A stretch of DNA of 63,188 nucleotides, filler included, from Chiloscyllium plagiosum (lineage: Eukaryota): NCBI RefSeq assembly GCF_004010195.1. It is 10 parts of 5 records of this genome, joined end to end, with 100 filler letters (N's around TTAATTAATTAA, not from the genome) between each part and the next. Parts side by side here need not be neighbours in the genome. Positions count along the whole stretch, not along the records: positions 33,868 to 41,700 come from NW_025214934.1; positions 41,801 to 48,415 come from NW_025214934.1; positions 48,516 to 52,411 come from NW_025214934.1; 7 more parts are not named here. One strand, 5' to 3'. Position 1 is the stretch's first letter. Every line of letters starts with the position of its first letter. Under the pieces are notes generated by a model. That model was not told the origin of the DNA and searched no databases. It worked only from the letters and a program-made list of their open reading frames with translations. Both the position numbers and the translations under genes were made by a program. Positions 37,455 to 49,159 of this stretch are shown piece after piece.

Positions 37455-38086
37455 GGTTGAGGTTTAGGATGTAGGTTTGCTCGCTGAGCTGTAGGTTTGA
37501 TATCCAGACATTTCATTACCTGGCAAGGTAACATCATCAGTGGCGACCTCCAAGTTGTGGTTGGAGTGCCAGGCCTCTAGGAATTCTCTGGCATGTCTTT
37601 GCTTAGCCTGTCCCAGGATAGATGTGTTGTCCCAGTCAAAATAGTGGGTTTTTTTCACCTGTGTGTAGGGCTACGAGGGAGAGAGGGTCGTGTCTTTTTG
37701 TGGCTAGCTGGTGTTCGTGTATCCTGGTGGCCACAAAAACACATGACCCCCTCTCCCTCGTAGCCCTACACACGGATGAAAAAAAACCACCATTTCGACT
37801 GGGACAACACATCTATCCTGGGACAGGCTAAGCAAAGACATGCCAGAGAATCCCTAGAGGCCTGGCACTCCAACCACAACGCCATAAACAAACACATAGA
37901 TCTAGATACCATCTATCACCCCCTCAGAAAACGAACAGGAAATGACATCACCACAAACCCCAGGAACCCCAGGAGACAACAGCTTCACTTCACTTGGAGG
38001 TCGCCACTGATGATGTTACCTAGACAGGTAACGAAACGTCTGGATATCAAACCTACAGCTCAGCGAGCAAACCTACACCCTCAACC
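37455..38086. mobile_element. Fold-back Penelope-like element (family D): GIY-YIG C-terminus plus terminal repeat, in inverted pair
   Basis: ATKTHDPLSLVALHTDEK..HHFDWDNTSILGQAKQRHARESLEAWHSNHNAINKHIDLD on + from about 37728, with a mirror copy on - at 37455-37730. Confidence 0.85.
38004..38043 (+). ncRNA. Minimal type-I hammerhead ribozyme motif (family D), intact core
   Basis: cca-CUGAUGA-u-guuaccu(agac)agguaac-GAAA-cg-UC-ugg, with a 7-bp stem II and a palindromic ACGU stem III. Predicted cleavage is after 38040. Confidence 0.8.
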
Positions 38087-38104
38087 ACACTTTCTTCATT
38101 CAAT

Positions 38105-39050
38105 CCCTCACTCCCCGAGCCAAGCTGTTCCAGTACAGTTCCAACTCTGGCATCTACCCAACAATATGCAAACCTACCCAGGTATATCCTGTACGGAAAA
38201 TGCAGGATCAATCCAACCCGGCCAATCACCCCCCCATCAGGCTACTCTTGATCATCAATAAAGTGATGGAAGGGGTCATCATCAGTGCTATCAAGCAGCA
38301 CCAGCTCAGCAATAACCTGCTCAGTGACGCCCAGTTTGGGATCCCCCAGGGTCACTCAGCTCCTGACCTCATTACAGCCTCGGGTCAAACATGGACAAAA
38401 GGGCTGAATTCCAGAGGGTGAGGGGAGAGGGACAGCCCTTGACATCAAGGCTGCATTCGACCGAGTGTGGTATCAAGGAGTCCTGAAAAACTAGAATCAA
38501 TGGGTATCAGGGGGAAAACTCTCCACTGGTTGGAGTCATACCTGACACATAGGAAGATGGTTGTGGAGGATCAGTCATCTCAGCTGCAAGACATCTCTGC
38601 AGGAGCTCCTCAGAGTAGTGTCCTAGGCCCAACCATCTTCAATGACCTTCCCTCCACCGTAAGGTCAGAAGTGGGGATGTTTGTCGATGATTGCACAATA
38701 TTCACGACTCCTCAGATACTGAAGCAGTCCGTGCTCAAATGTAACGAGATCGGGACAATATCCAGTCTTGGGCTGACAAATGGTAAGTAACAGCTACATC
38801 ACACAAATGCCAGGCAATGACCATCTCCAATAAGAGACAAGGTAAAAACAAGGCCTGCAGATGCTGGAAACCAGAGTCTAGATTAGAGTGGTGCTGGAAA
38901 AGCACAGCAGGTCAGGCAGCATCCGAGGAGCAGGAGAGTCGACGTTTCGGGCAAAAGCCCTTCATCAGAGACACTTCAATAAGAGACAGTCCAACCGGAG
39001 CTCCTTGCCTACCAATGATATTACCATTACTGAATCCCTCACTATCGATA
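38105..39050 (+). mobile_element. CR1/L2-group LINE RT fragment
   Basis: SNPANHPPIRLL..KVMEGVI..LLSDAQFG; ISAGAPQSSVLGPT..MFVDD. Confidence 0.8.
38840..38976 (-). mobile_element. PLE terminal fragment (family B) with an intact hammerhead core; 12-bp TSD caataagagaca
   Basis: TSD at 38828-38839 and 38977-38988. Minus strand reads CTGATGA-a-gggc(tttt)gccc-GAAA-cg-TC at 38941-38968. Confidence 0.78.
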
Positions 39051-39098
39051 ATCAAAGAAACTGACATCCTCCCTCACCCAAAGCCAAGAGGGTTATAA

Positions 39099-41700
39099 TG
39101 TGACTAATGGTGGCAGTGTCAGAGGTGTGGAGGCTGGAGATCACATGATGGATCTTCCAGGATTCGGGCCCAGATTTCTCACTCATTGGTGTGGGTTTTG
39201 GCATCAGTGCAAGACACTGGCATCTGTTGGAGGAAGGTGGTATTGCAGTTGATCAGAGAGTGATGGTTCCCTCCGCTGCCCATCACTGAGGGGGTTTCTC
39301 TCAATTCACTTGTGGCTCTGTTGTGAATTAATTGATGGAGATTGATTGCTTCGATTAGCCAGTAACCCTATTCCCATTGTGGGATATAGGTGAATTAATG
39401 TTTCTTCTGCAGTTCTGTAATTCTGCAATTATAATTTCTGATACAAGGTAAATTAACTCACATCAGTGTGTGGTTGTTTCAGCCAAGAGCTGAGTCAACA
39501 AGAATGGAAACTATGTGGAGGAAATATATAATTGTTTTTGTATTAGCTAAAGTTGTATGCCAGCGTGAAACGTGATTGCAAAACAATGGTAGATATTATG
39601 GGCAAATAGATAAGATGTTGTGAGGGGATGAAGTTAGGCCAGATACGCCTGTACAAACATCTGTTTCCCACTTTTACAGAGACACAGGAACAAACCCTAA
39701 TTAAAGAGGTCATAGGGATCAGAGTGGCCTCGGGAGAAGCCCAGATGGAAAGAGTAGATACTGATGAAGAAAGAATATGCCTAACGATGACCTGCAGTGG
39801 GATGGGGTCAAACGGCTTTGTGAGGCCAGAATTAAGCATTTTGTCACAGACAAGGCCGGATAAGACAAGAGATAAGCAGGAGTGGTGGGGCCGGTCTTAG
39901 GGAAGTGGAGGATATAAACAGGGGGAGAAGCAACTAAATAAGAAAAAAAAATGTAAGAACCAAATTATATAAATATCGAGAGTTTGTTGAATTTGGTGTG
40001 TATGTCCTCTGCCTTGCCTGGCACTGGACATCACACCCATTTGCAAGTGTAAACATAAAGGACACTACTGATTCAGATCTTGTCTCGGACTGAAATTATT
40101 GAAGAATGTGAGCTTTGTTTCTCACAATTGGGGGCTGTCCGGGATTTTCTTCCATCGCCGGGGGGAGTGGCTGGCCTTGGACACTGGGAAGACGCGTCCC
40201 GTTCCCCATTGAGGAGCGGTCTCGTGTCCCGGTTTGGTCTGCTCCCTTGGGCAACTGGTACGGGTCCCACAAGAGAGACATCTGAATCAGACAGTGATGG
40301 GAGGTTGATAGACAATACGGCAAAAAGGGGCCAGGCAACTCTGTGCACAGACCAAGGGAAGAAAATTTACTTTTAAGTATTGCCTTGGTGGCCGGGATTG
40401 AGTTTTAGTAGTTAATAAGGGACTAACGAAGGAACTCAATATGGATTGTGCCGTGGGTAAGGAAAAACCCTCCGGGAAACAAAAGACGGAGAAGGCAATG
40501 GAAATGGAGGCGGGGTCCCTTACAACATACCTCCAGGAAGTCCTTTGGGCAGGATGTTGTGGAATTGGAGAAATAATACTTGTACATGGGAGAAAGATGA
40601 TTAAATATTGTTGCTTTGTATGGACTAAGGAATCCATTCTTCGTCCCGCTGTCTTCTGGCCAAAGTACAGGTCGGACGAAGACTGGGTTTGTAAATATCT
40701 GAATTTATATGTCAATGTGTGAGGGAGAGAGAATGAAAAGAGCTGTACAGCTGGTAGGAAGTTTAACCCTTTGTGATTTGGTTTGAGTGAACATTTGTTT
40801 GTTGGTGATTGAATGTTTACGTTTTATTCCCTGGAGCTTGAGTTCCAGGACTGTTTTGAATCTGATTTTTATTATGGAAACTTAACATGATTTCTTTTAA
40901 GGTTAAGGATTCTATAGAGATTATAAAAAAAAATGATAACTGCTGTTCTTTTTACAGATCATGACTGCCTTACTATCAGTTTCTAACTAATCTCTTTTAT
41001 CTTTACATAAAAGCGATTTATGGAGGACAGTTGAAGTTTCAGTTCAACATTAGATTGTAGTAAAAACAAAATTCCATGGTTAATATCTGTGACCTTGCAT
41101 TCAGCCATTGCTCATGCATTAGAAGTTTTTTTTTTAAACTTGAATAGACAAATTCTTTTAAGGCAGCTCTGATTATTTCACGACCTATAGTATTGTAATT
41201 GAGCAATGATTGGTCAGGACTACTTAAGAAAACTAATTTTGGATTTAAATTAAGGGACTAAAACTTAGTGATTACAGTGGATTTCAAAATTGGGAACTGT
41301 ATGCATTTTACATTTTAAATATTTATTACTGAAGAAATGAACGTAAATATATAAATATATTTACAAGTTAGGAACAGGCTTTAAAGGTTAGTCAAGCATG
41401 AATTGATGAATTGGTGTTATGCATTTTACATTTTAAATATTTATTACTGAAGAAATGAACGTAAATATATAAATATATTTACAAGTTAGGAACAGGCTTT
41501 AAAGGTTAGTCAACATGAATTGATGAATTGGTGTTTGAAGTTATGGGAGCTAGAAATATTGCAATATTTCTTTCAACAAAAAAAAAAGAAAAAAGGGGAG
41601 AATGTAATGACTTATCCCCTTTGGGAGGTACCAAAAGGGGACTTATACGAGGAGCCGCCATTAAAATATGGGACAGGGAACACCCGATTGGAGATGGGGA
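39099..41700 (+). mobile_element. Class I endogenous retrovirus 5' part: LTR (39099-40126), tRNA-Pro PBS (40129-40145), HERV-I/IP-like gag remnants
   Basis: TG..CA ends and a TATA at about 39913. PBS is TGGGGGCT-GTCCGGGAT. Gag MA-like MIKYCCFVWTKESILRPAVFWPKYRSDEDWVC lies in 40441-40722, and YPLWEVPKG at about 41610. Confidence 0.8.
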
Positions 41701-41800
41701 NNNNNNNNNNNNNNNNNNNNNNNNNNNNNNNNNNNNNNNNNNNNTTAATTAATTAANNNNNNNNNNNNNNNNNNNNNNNNNNNNNNNNNNNNNNNNNNNN

Positions 41801-42232
41801 GACGAACATCAACTGTGCCTGGAGGATCATCAACTCGGTGAAGGACGCTCTCTGTGCGGTCCGAAACCTGCTGATCTTCCAGCTGAAGGAGTTGACCCCG
41901 ACTGAGTGTTGCAGACTGGCACATTCCAAGGTCCAGGACTACGTGCTGAGGGACGCGCTGAAGCTTGGGGCAGCTGCCGCCAAGGCGCGGTGGGGAAAGA
42001 CCACCCTGTAACATCTGCCTGTCGGAGAAGAACAGGGGGCCCACGCAGTAAGGGGGCTCCGCTGACGCCTCAGCAGAAGAGTTGGATAGTAAATGTACAG
42101 ATTTGTATATAGGAAAAATAAATTTCGAAGTCTGTATGTGAAGCAATGTAATGTGTGCACAAGAATGCCAATTGTATAGAGATCCAAATAATTTTATTAA
42201 TAAAGTATATTTTTGAAATATAAAAAAAGAAA
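41801..42232 (+). mobile_element. Tx1/L1-clade LINE 3' end
   Basis: Same family as 17633-17880 (gccaaggcgcggtggggaaagaccac..gctgacgcctcagc), with AATAAA and an A-rich tail. Confidence 0.8.
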
Positions 42233-42259
42233 ATTTAATTGGTTTCTATAAAAATGGAG

Positions 42260-42745
42260 CTGAAAATGTGTTGCTGGAAAAGCGCAGCAGGTCAGGCAGC
42301 ATCCAGGGAACAGGAGAATCGACGTTTGAAGTATACAGTGAGGTTACCTGAGTGCCTAACGATGACCTGCAGTGGGATGGGAAGAAAGTGAGGTCTGCAG
42401 ATGCTGGAGATCAGAGCTGAAAATGTGTTGCTGGAAAAGCGCAGCAGGTCAGGCAGCATCCAGGGAACAGGAGAATCGACGTTTTGGGCATTGTATAATT
42501 CCTGAAAAAGGGCTTATGCCCGAAACGTCGATTCTCCTGTTCCCTGGATGCTGCCTGACCTGCTGCGCTTTTCCAGCAACACATTTTCAGCTCTGCAGTG
42601 GGATGGGGTCAAACGGCCTTGTGAGGCCAGAATTAAGCATTTTGTCACAGACAAGGCCGGATAAGACAAGAGATAAGCAGGAGAAAATTTTCCAGCAACA
42701 CATTTCCAGCTCTGATCTCCAGCATCTGCAGACCTCACTTTCTCC
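42260..42745. mobile_element. Composite PLE-derived element (family B) enclosing an ERV-LTR fragment and an inner fold-back copy
   Basis: Outer TSD tctataaaaatgga (42246-42259 and 42746-42759). Inner duplication ctgcagtgggatggg surrounds 42381-42592. The cargo matches 39779-39882. Confidence 0.72.
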
Positions 42746-42994
42746 TCTATAAAAATGGACCATGTCCGCGGGGAGATCATGTTCAAAGCTCTGGATAAAG
42801 GGGTAAGCTGTACATAAAGCTGCCCTCTAGGTACAGATACTATCATTGAAACTCAATATCATCAGAGAGATTGAGGAAGTAGGGCCTTTCTTGTTTGAAG
42901 TTCAGACACATGAGAAGTGATCTCATTGAAACATCCAGGTTTGTGAAGGGGCTTCAGCCTGATCAATGCTGAGAGGTTGATTCCTCACGTCTGG

Positions 42995-43272
42995 AGACAC
43001 GGCTCACAAGTGCCAGGAACCTGGGTTCGATTCCCGCCTCGGGTGACTACAGTCGCACGTTCTCCCTGTGACTGTGTAGGTTTCTGCCCGGTTTCCTCCC
43101 ACACTCCAATACGTGCAGGTTAGGGTGGATCGGCCATGGTAAAAACCCCAAGCGGGGGTTACAGGGATTGGGCGGGGCGGTGACTTGGGGTGGGATGCTC
43201 TTCGAAGGGTCGATGCAGACTCGATGGGGCCGAATGGCCTCTTTCTGCACAGTAGGGACTCCGTGATTCTGT
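42995..43272 (+). mobile_element. HE1-like V-SINE
   Basis: cctgggttcgattcccgcctcgggtgact..ggtttcctcccacactcc. Confidence 0.75.
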
Positions 43273-44039
43273 GACACAGTCACAGGACACGAGCAGTCAT
43301 TTTGGATTGATATGAAGAGGCACTTGTTCAGTCAAAGGGCTGTGAATCGATGCCGTTGTTGTAGTAAGAAGTGAGGAGTCCTTTTCAGATCTGTTTCTCC
43401 GTTGGACGTGTTATGTTTTCACTCTCGGCCTACCACTCACCGCTGGACATACTGCTGCATCCTGAAGGCTTTAAGAGCAGTAGGTCATTTGAGGCAGATG
43501 ACCTGTGAATCGTGCACGTAGCTGGGCTTCCTGCTGAAACATCACCATTTGACAGCCTTGGGCTGCGGTCATTGAGATGAACAGGCAGCATTGAGTCTGT
43601 TGTCTCTGAACACCCATTGACCCCAGGCTCTGATGAGCTGCAGTACCATCTCCTTCCAACAGATGTCAACATCTCACACACTCACCAATATTTCAACACA
43701 AGGAAGCCAACTTGTCTCAAACGCTCACACACTGCGTCTCATTTTACCCTCATTCAGGGAGCTCCATCTTCTGAGTTAACTCGTTTCACCCTGAAGGGAA
43801 TTAGCTCACTCTGCCGAAACGCTCTTTCTTTAAACAGGTCCGATCAAAACATTTAGAAATTGAATAATGCAGAGTAATACAGAAAGCATAACGGAATTCA
43901 AACGCAGCATGTTTCACCCTGAGGTATTTTATATTCACCAGTGGGACATGGGCATCACTGGCTGGGTCAGCATTTTATCGCCCATCTCTAATTGCCCTTG
44001 AGAAGGGGCGAGAAGTGATGCCCCAACGCAGTTGTTATG

Positions 44040-45385
44040 GAACCATAGAATCCCTACAGTGTGAAACCAGGCCATTCAGCCCATCGAGTCCACAGTGTCC
44101 CTCCGAAGAGCTTCACACCCAAATCCATCCTGTTACCCTATCCTTGTGTTCCCCATGGTTTACCTACCTAGCCTCCACATCCCTGGACATTGTGGGCAAC
44201 GCAGAGACAAAAAAATACTGCAGATGCTGGAATCCAAAGTTGACAGGCAGGAGGCTGGAAGGGCACAGCAAGCCAGGCAGCGTCAGGAGGGGGAGATGTC
44301 GACACTTCAGGTGTAACCCTTCTCCAGAACTGGGGGTGTGTGTGAGGGGAGCTAATAAAGGGGGTGGTGGGGGCAGGGTGGGGATCGGTGGAGACAGGTA
44401 GAGGGTACGACCTNNNNNNNNNNNNNNNNNNNNNNNNNNNNNNNNNNNNNNNNNNNNNNNNNNNNNNNNNNNNNNNNNNNNNNNNNNNNNNNNNNNNNNN
44501 NNNNNNNNNNNNNNNNNNNNNNNNNNNNNNNNNNNNNNNNNNNNNNNNNNNNNNNNNNNNNNNNNNNNNNNNNNNNNNNNNNNNNNNNNNNNNNNNNNNN
44601 NNNNNNNNNNNNNNNNNNNNNNNNNNNNNNNNNNNNNNNNNNNNNNNNNNNNNNNNNNNNNNNNNNNNNNNNNNNNNNNNNNNNNNNNNNNNNNNNNNNN
44701 NNNNNNNNNNNNNNNNNNNNNNNNNNNNNNNNNNNNNNNNNNNNNNNNNNNNNNNNNNNNNNNNNNNNNNNNNNNNNNNNNNNNNNNNNNNNNNNNNNNN
44801 NNNNNNNNNNNNNNNNNNNNNNNNNNNNNNNNNNNNNNNNNNNNNNNNNNNNNNNNNNNNNNNNNNNNNNNNNNNNNNNNNNNNNNNNNNNNNNNNNNNN
44901 NNNNNNNNNNNNNNNNNNNNNNNNNNNNNNNNNNNNNNNNNNNNNNNNNNNNNNNNNNNNNNNNNNNNNNNNNNNNNNNNNNNNNNNNNNNNNNNNNNNN
45001 NNNNNNNNNNNNNNNNNNNNNNNNNNNNNNNNNNNNNNNNNNNNNNNNNNNNNNNNNACCACCCCCTCTATCTGCAGCTTCCCCCACACCCACCCCCAGT
45101 CCTGGAGAAGGGTTACACTCGAAACGTCGACTTCTCCCCCTCCTGATGCTGCCTGGCTTGCTGCGTTCTTCCAGCCTCCTGCCTGTCCACTGTGGGAAAT
45201 TTAGCACGGCCAATCCTCCCTAACCTGTACATCTTTGGACTGTGGGAGATAACCAGAGCAAACTCACGCAGACACGGGGAGAATGTGCAAACTCCACGCA
45301 GACAGGCCCCCGAGACTGGAATCGAACCCGGGTCACTGGTGCTGTGAGGGAGCAGTGCTAACCACTGAGCCACCGTACCGCCCGC
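44040..45385 (-). mobile_element. HE1 SINE split by a family-C PLE element (~44200-45187, gap inside)
   Basis: SINE 3' part at 44040-44198 and 5' part at 45188-45385. The inverted PLE ends carry CTGGAGA..GAAACGTC-type motifs at 44298-44332 (-) and 45098-45132 (+). Confidence 0.75.
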
Positions 45386-46827
45386 ACGCTTGGTATTGTG
45401 ACACCCACTCGTGTTTTGAGGTGTGGTCAGTTGCTGCTGGGTGCCTTTGCTTCTCCAGCAGGGCCTGTCACATCAGCCTGTCTCATGCTTTCCATTGGAT
45501 TCGTCCCTCACGCCATCCAACTGCATTCTGATAGCACCCCTTGACTTTGCCCGGTCAAGGGTACATCAGTAATTCTGCGTCGCTGATCAAAAAGCCAAAG
45601 CGTTGCCACATCTAACGGAGCAGACCGTGCTCCCCACCCCCCCGGACAGCATTTCACCCTCTGCAACCCTGAAGCATCACCCTACCTCAGCTCCTTTCCC
45701 ACCCAGGGGAGGCTCTGACAGAAAAGGCCTCCCCCGATGCCCCTCCGGAGGTCCCCCCTGCAGGCCGCCTGGGGGAGAAGGGAACTCCTGTTCCTGCACA
45801 ATTACTGTAAAGGCTCACAGTGACTGACAGATCCAGCCTGAGGCTAGGCCGCAGATGCTGCTCACAGAGAGGACCAGACCTCAGTGTCCAACGAGGGGTG
45901 GATAGTTTGCTGCACTATGCCAAAGCCAGCTCTGCCAACTCTTAGGGGGCATGAAGCACCGTGAATTTGACGTTGCGGAGGGCCATTATAGGCAGGACTG
46001 GGTGCCAGGCACCTCCAGTGAGCACTCCGAGCACCACAGCGCTACTCTCTCTCTCTCACCCATTTGCCAGGGGCCAGCCTGAACACATTAATAATGAGCC
46101 CAGACACACAGCAGCATCACGCCCCTAACCTTTCATCACCACAGGGAGATCTGACCCATTGACTGTGAAGGGCATCAGAGTCACACATACACAATCTAAC
46201 ACTGTGTTGTCTCTCATCGAGTTAAACTGTTTGACCAAACGGAGGTGTTATCCAATCAGAACCCTTCCTTTCTCTCAGTAACGTACACACAGCCCTCACA
46301 ATCTGGACCTAACAATTTGGGATTATGGTCAGCATGGATTGGTTGGACCAAAGGCTCTGTTTCCGTGCTCTAGGACTCTACAACAAGGCAGAGAATGTGC
46401 CCACTCTCCACCAGGGAGAGGAATTACCCTTTATGGGCAGGGTAAGGTGGGAATGCTCCAGGGGAAGGCAAGGGAGGGGGTGCATATGGTGAGAGAAATG
46501 GTAAGAAGTCTGCTCCAAGAGGGAGTCTGTCACTGCGGCTCTGGCCTGGCAACTACATCTGGCCCGTGTGGCACTGCCATGGACCCACCAGGTGTAGGAG
46601 AGGCTTCGGAACTGGCCGGAAACATGCAAGGAGCTCTCCTGCATCGGTCAAGCCGCAGGGTCTGTCCATTCCCTGGTGCGGTGAGAGGGGGGAAGGGGAC
46701 ATGCTGAGGAGGTTTCACCTGCACTGGCTCAGGAGAGACCCAGGAGGTCAGTCCCCTCCAGGCTTTGGACATCCAGAGGGCCCTCACCAAAGTCATCGGA
46801 GCCAAGCTGGCATTGTAGGCCGAGCCA

Positions 46828-46940
46828 GGAGAAAGTGAGACCTGCAGACGCTGGAGATCAGAGTTGAGAGGGTGGTGCTGGAGGGCAGCATCCGGGGAGC
46901 AGGAGAGTTGACGTTTTGGGCAAAAGCCCTTCATCAGGAA
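46828..46940 (-). mobile_element. PLE terminal fragment (family B), flanked by ttgtaggcc direct repeats
   Basis: ggagaaagtgagacctgcagacgctggagatc..gcccttcatcaggaa. Confidence 0.68.
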
Positions 46941-47006
46941 TTGTAGGCCCAACTGTCAGGGTGGGCCTACATTGATGAGCAGAGAAAGATGAAAGTGCCT
47001 GCAAGT

Positions 47007-47290
47007 CAGTCATAGATTCCCCTACAGTGTGGAAACAGGCCAAACCAGTCCACACCGACCCTCCCGAAGAGTAACCCACCCAGACCCTACATTTACCCCT
47101 GATTAATGTACCTAACCTACGGGCAATTTAGCATGGCTAGGTCACCTGACCTGCACATCTTTGGATTGTGGGAGAAAACCACAGCACCCGGAGGAAACTC
47201 ATACAGACAGTCGCCCGAGGCTGGAATTGAACCAGCGTCCCTGGTGCCGTGAGACAGCAGTGCTAACCACTGAGCCACCGTGCCACCCCA
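47007..47290 (-). mobile_element. HE1-type V-SINE
   Basis: Reverse-complement HE1 head, body and tail. Confidence 0.85.
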
Positions 47291-47438
47291 TAATCCTGTA
47301 GCTTGGTGTCAGTGCTGTGTAGAACCAATATCATTCTTTCCTGTTGCATCGTGAAGTGGTCTCTTCCCCTCTGATCAGACTTCTGATTGATTGGGTTTCT
47401 GTTCTGACCAGCCGTGAGGCGGCACTGATCATTGTGGG

Positions 47439-47937
47439 CACTGGAGCTGAGCCCAGACACTGGAGCTGGGCCCAGACACTGGAGCTGAGCCCAGGCACTG
47501 GAGCTGAGCCCAGGCAGTGGAGCTGGGCCCAGGCACTGGAGCTGGGCCCAGGCACTGGAGCTGGGCCCAGGCACTGGAGCTGAGCCCAGACACTGGAGCT
47601 GGGCCCAGACACTGGAGCTGGGCCCAGACACTGGAGCTGAGCCCAGGCACTGGAGCTGAGCCCAGGCAGTGGAGCTGGGCCCAGGCACTGGAGCTGGGCC
47701 CAGGCACTGGAGCTGGGCCCAGGCACTGGAGCTGAGCCCAGACACTGGAGCTGAGCCCAGACACTGGAGCTGGGCCCAGTCACTGGAGCTGGGCCCAGAC
47801 ACTGGAGCTGGGCCCAGACACTGGAGCTGAGCCCAGACACTGGAGCTGGGCCCAGACACTGGAGCTGGGCCCAGACACTGGAGCTGGGCCCAGACACTGG
47901 AGCTGAGCCCAGATACTGGAGCTGAGCCCAGACACAG
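47439..47937 (+). repeat. 19-bp minisatellite (cactggagctgrgcccagr)
   Basis: About 26 tandem units. Confidence 0.97.
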
Positions 47938-48302
47938 TAGCTGCCCAATTCTGCTGCCCCCTGGAGGGAACATGCGTTAAAGCCCGATGTGTGGGTCTGA
48001 AGGGTCTCTCAGCACACTGCCAATGCTCAGAATCTCTTCCATCACTAAGCGGCCCGGCTCCCTTACACTCCAGTGTAATCCAGCAGAACCCCTCCCTGAT
48101 GGACTGTCCCTGGGAACTGTCATCACAATAAGGCTCCCGTTACCACATCCCTGAGTCCAAACGCTGGCAATCAAACCCCCCCCGGAGGCCGGGAATGTCT
48201 CTCAGTCACAGTCTCGTTCCTTTCAGTCTGAACTCGAGCCTTTCCCTGCTGCTCTCGGGTCTGCTGCCTCATTTCAATATAATCCCCTCCCACGGCATCT
48301 TC

Positions 48303-48595
48303 GTCAGATACCCCAACCGCCTCAATCCCATCAGATACCCCAACCCCCTCAATCCCATCAGATACCCCAACCCCCTCAATCCCATCAGACACCCCAACCC
48401 CCTCAATCCCATCAGNNNNNNNNNNNNNNNNNNNNNNNNNNNNNNNNNNNNNNNNNNNNTTAATTAATTAANNNNNNNNNNNNNNNNNNNNNNNNNNNNN
48501 NNNNNNNNNNNNNNNCCTCATTCACATCAGACACCCGAACCCCCTCATTCCCATCAGATACCACAAACCCCCCATTCCCCTCAGACACCCCATTC
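48303..48595 (+). repeat. 27-bp C-rich minisatellite (atcagataccccaaccccctcaatccc) on both sides of a linker
   Basis: At least 4 units before the linker, with degenerate units after it. Confidence 0.85.
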
Positions 48596-49159
48596 TTGCC
48601 TCTTTGTCAGACAGGGACCTGGTTCATGGCCCTTTCTGATCGGTTGACGTTGAGCTGAAGGCTATTAAATGTGCAGCAACCAATCACTATCCTGGAGACT
48701 GACCAGGGCCTCACTGCAGGCATCTCCTGATTGGTCCAGGCAACAGAAGAGCATCAACAGGTTTCTGCCGATCCGAGATGGCGGCAGAGTAGGGATCCTG
48801 TGCCCAAACTCAGCCGCTCTGACCAGTTTTCTATTGTTTTGATGTTCAGTGCGTTTGGATATAAAATCATAATTCTATTCCAATGCAATCTTAGGTTGTA
48901 AGAAAATCATGTGATAGCAGCATCATTTAAACAAATGGGACTGGAATCGTATTATAGCCAATGCAGGTGAGGAAAGTTTGCAATCGGCAATTAATGGACA
49001 AAATTCTTCTATCACATGGAATTCGATTTGCGTTGAAGAAGCACACTTTATTGAGAACTGACTGTACTCACCTTGTCCTGAGATTGGACAGCATTGGCAG
49101 CGAGAGAGAGGACTCAGGGTACGGATCTTAAGTGGGCCCAGGGCGAAGGAAAGTATGAG

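Noticed and set aside
47263..47973. Repetitive 236-aa and 205-aa ORFs
   Set aside because: They are translations of the 19-bp minisatellite.
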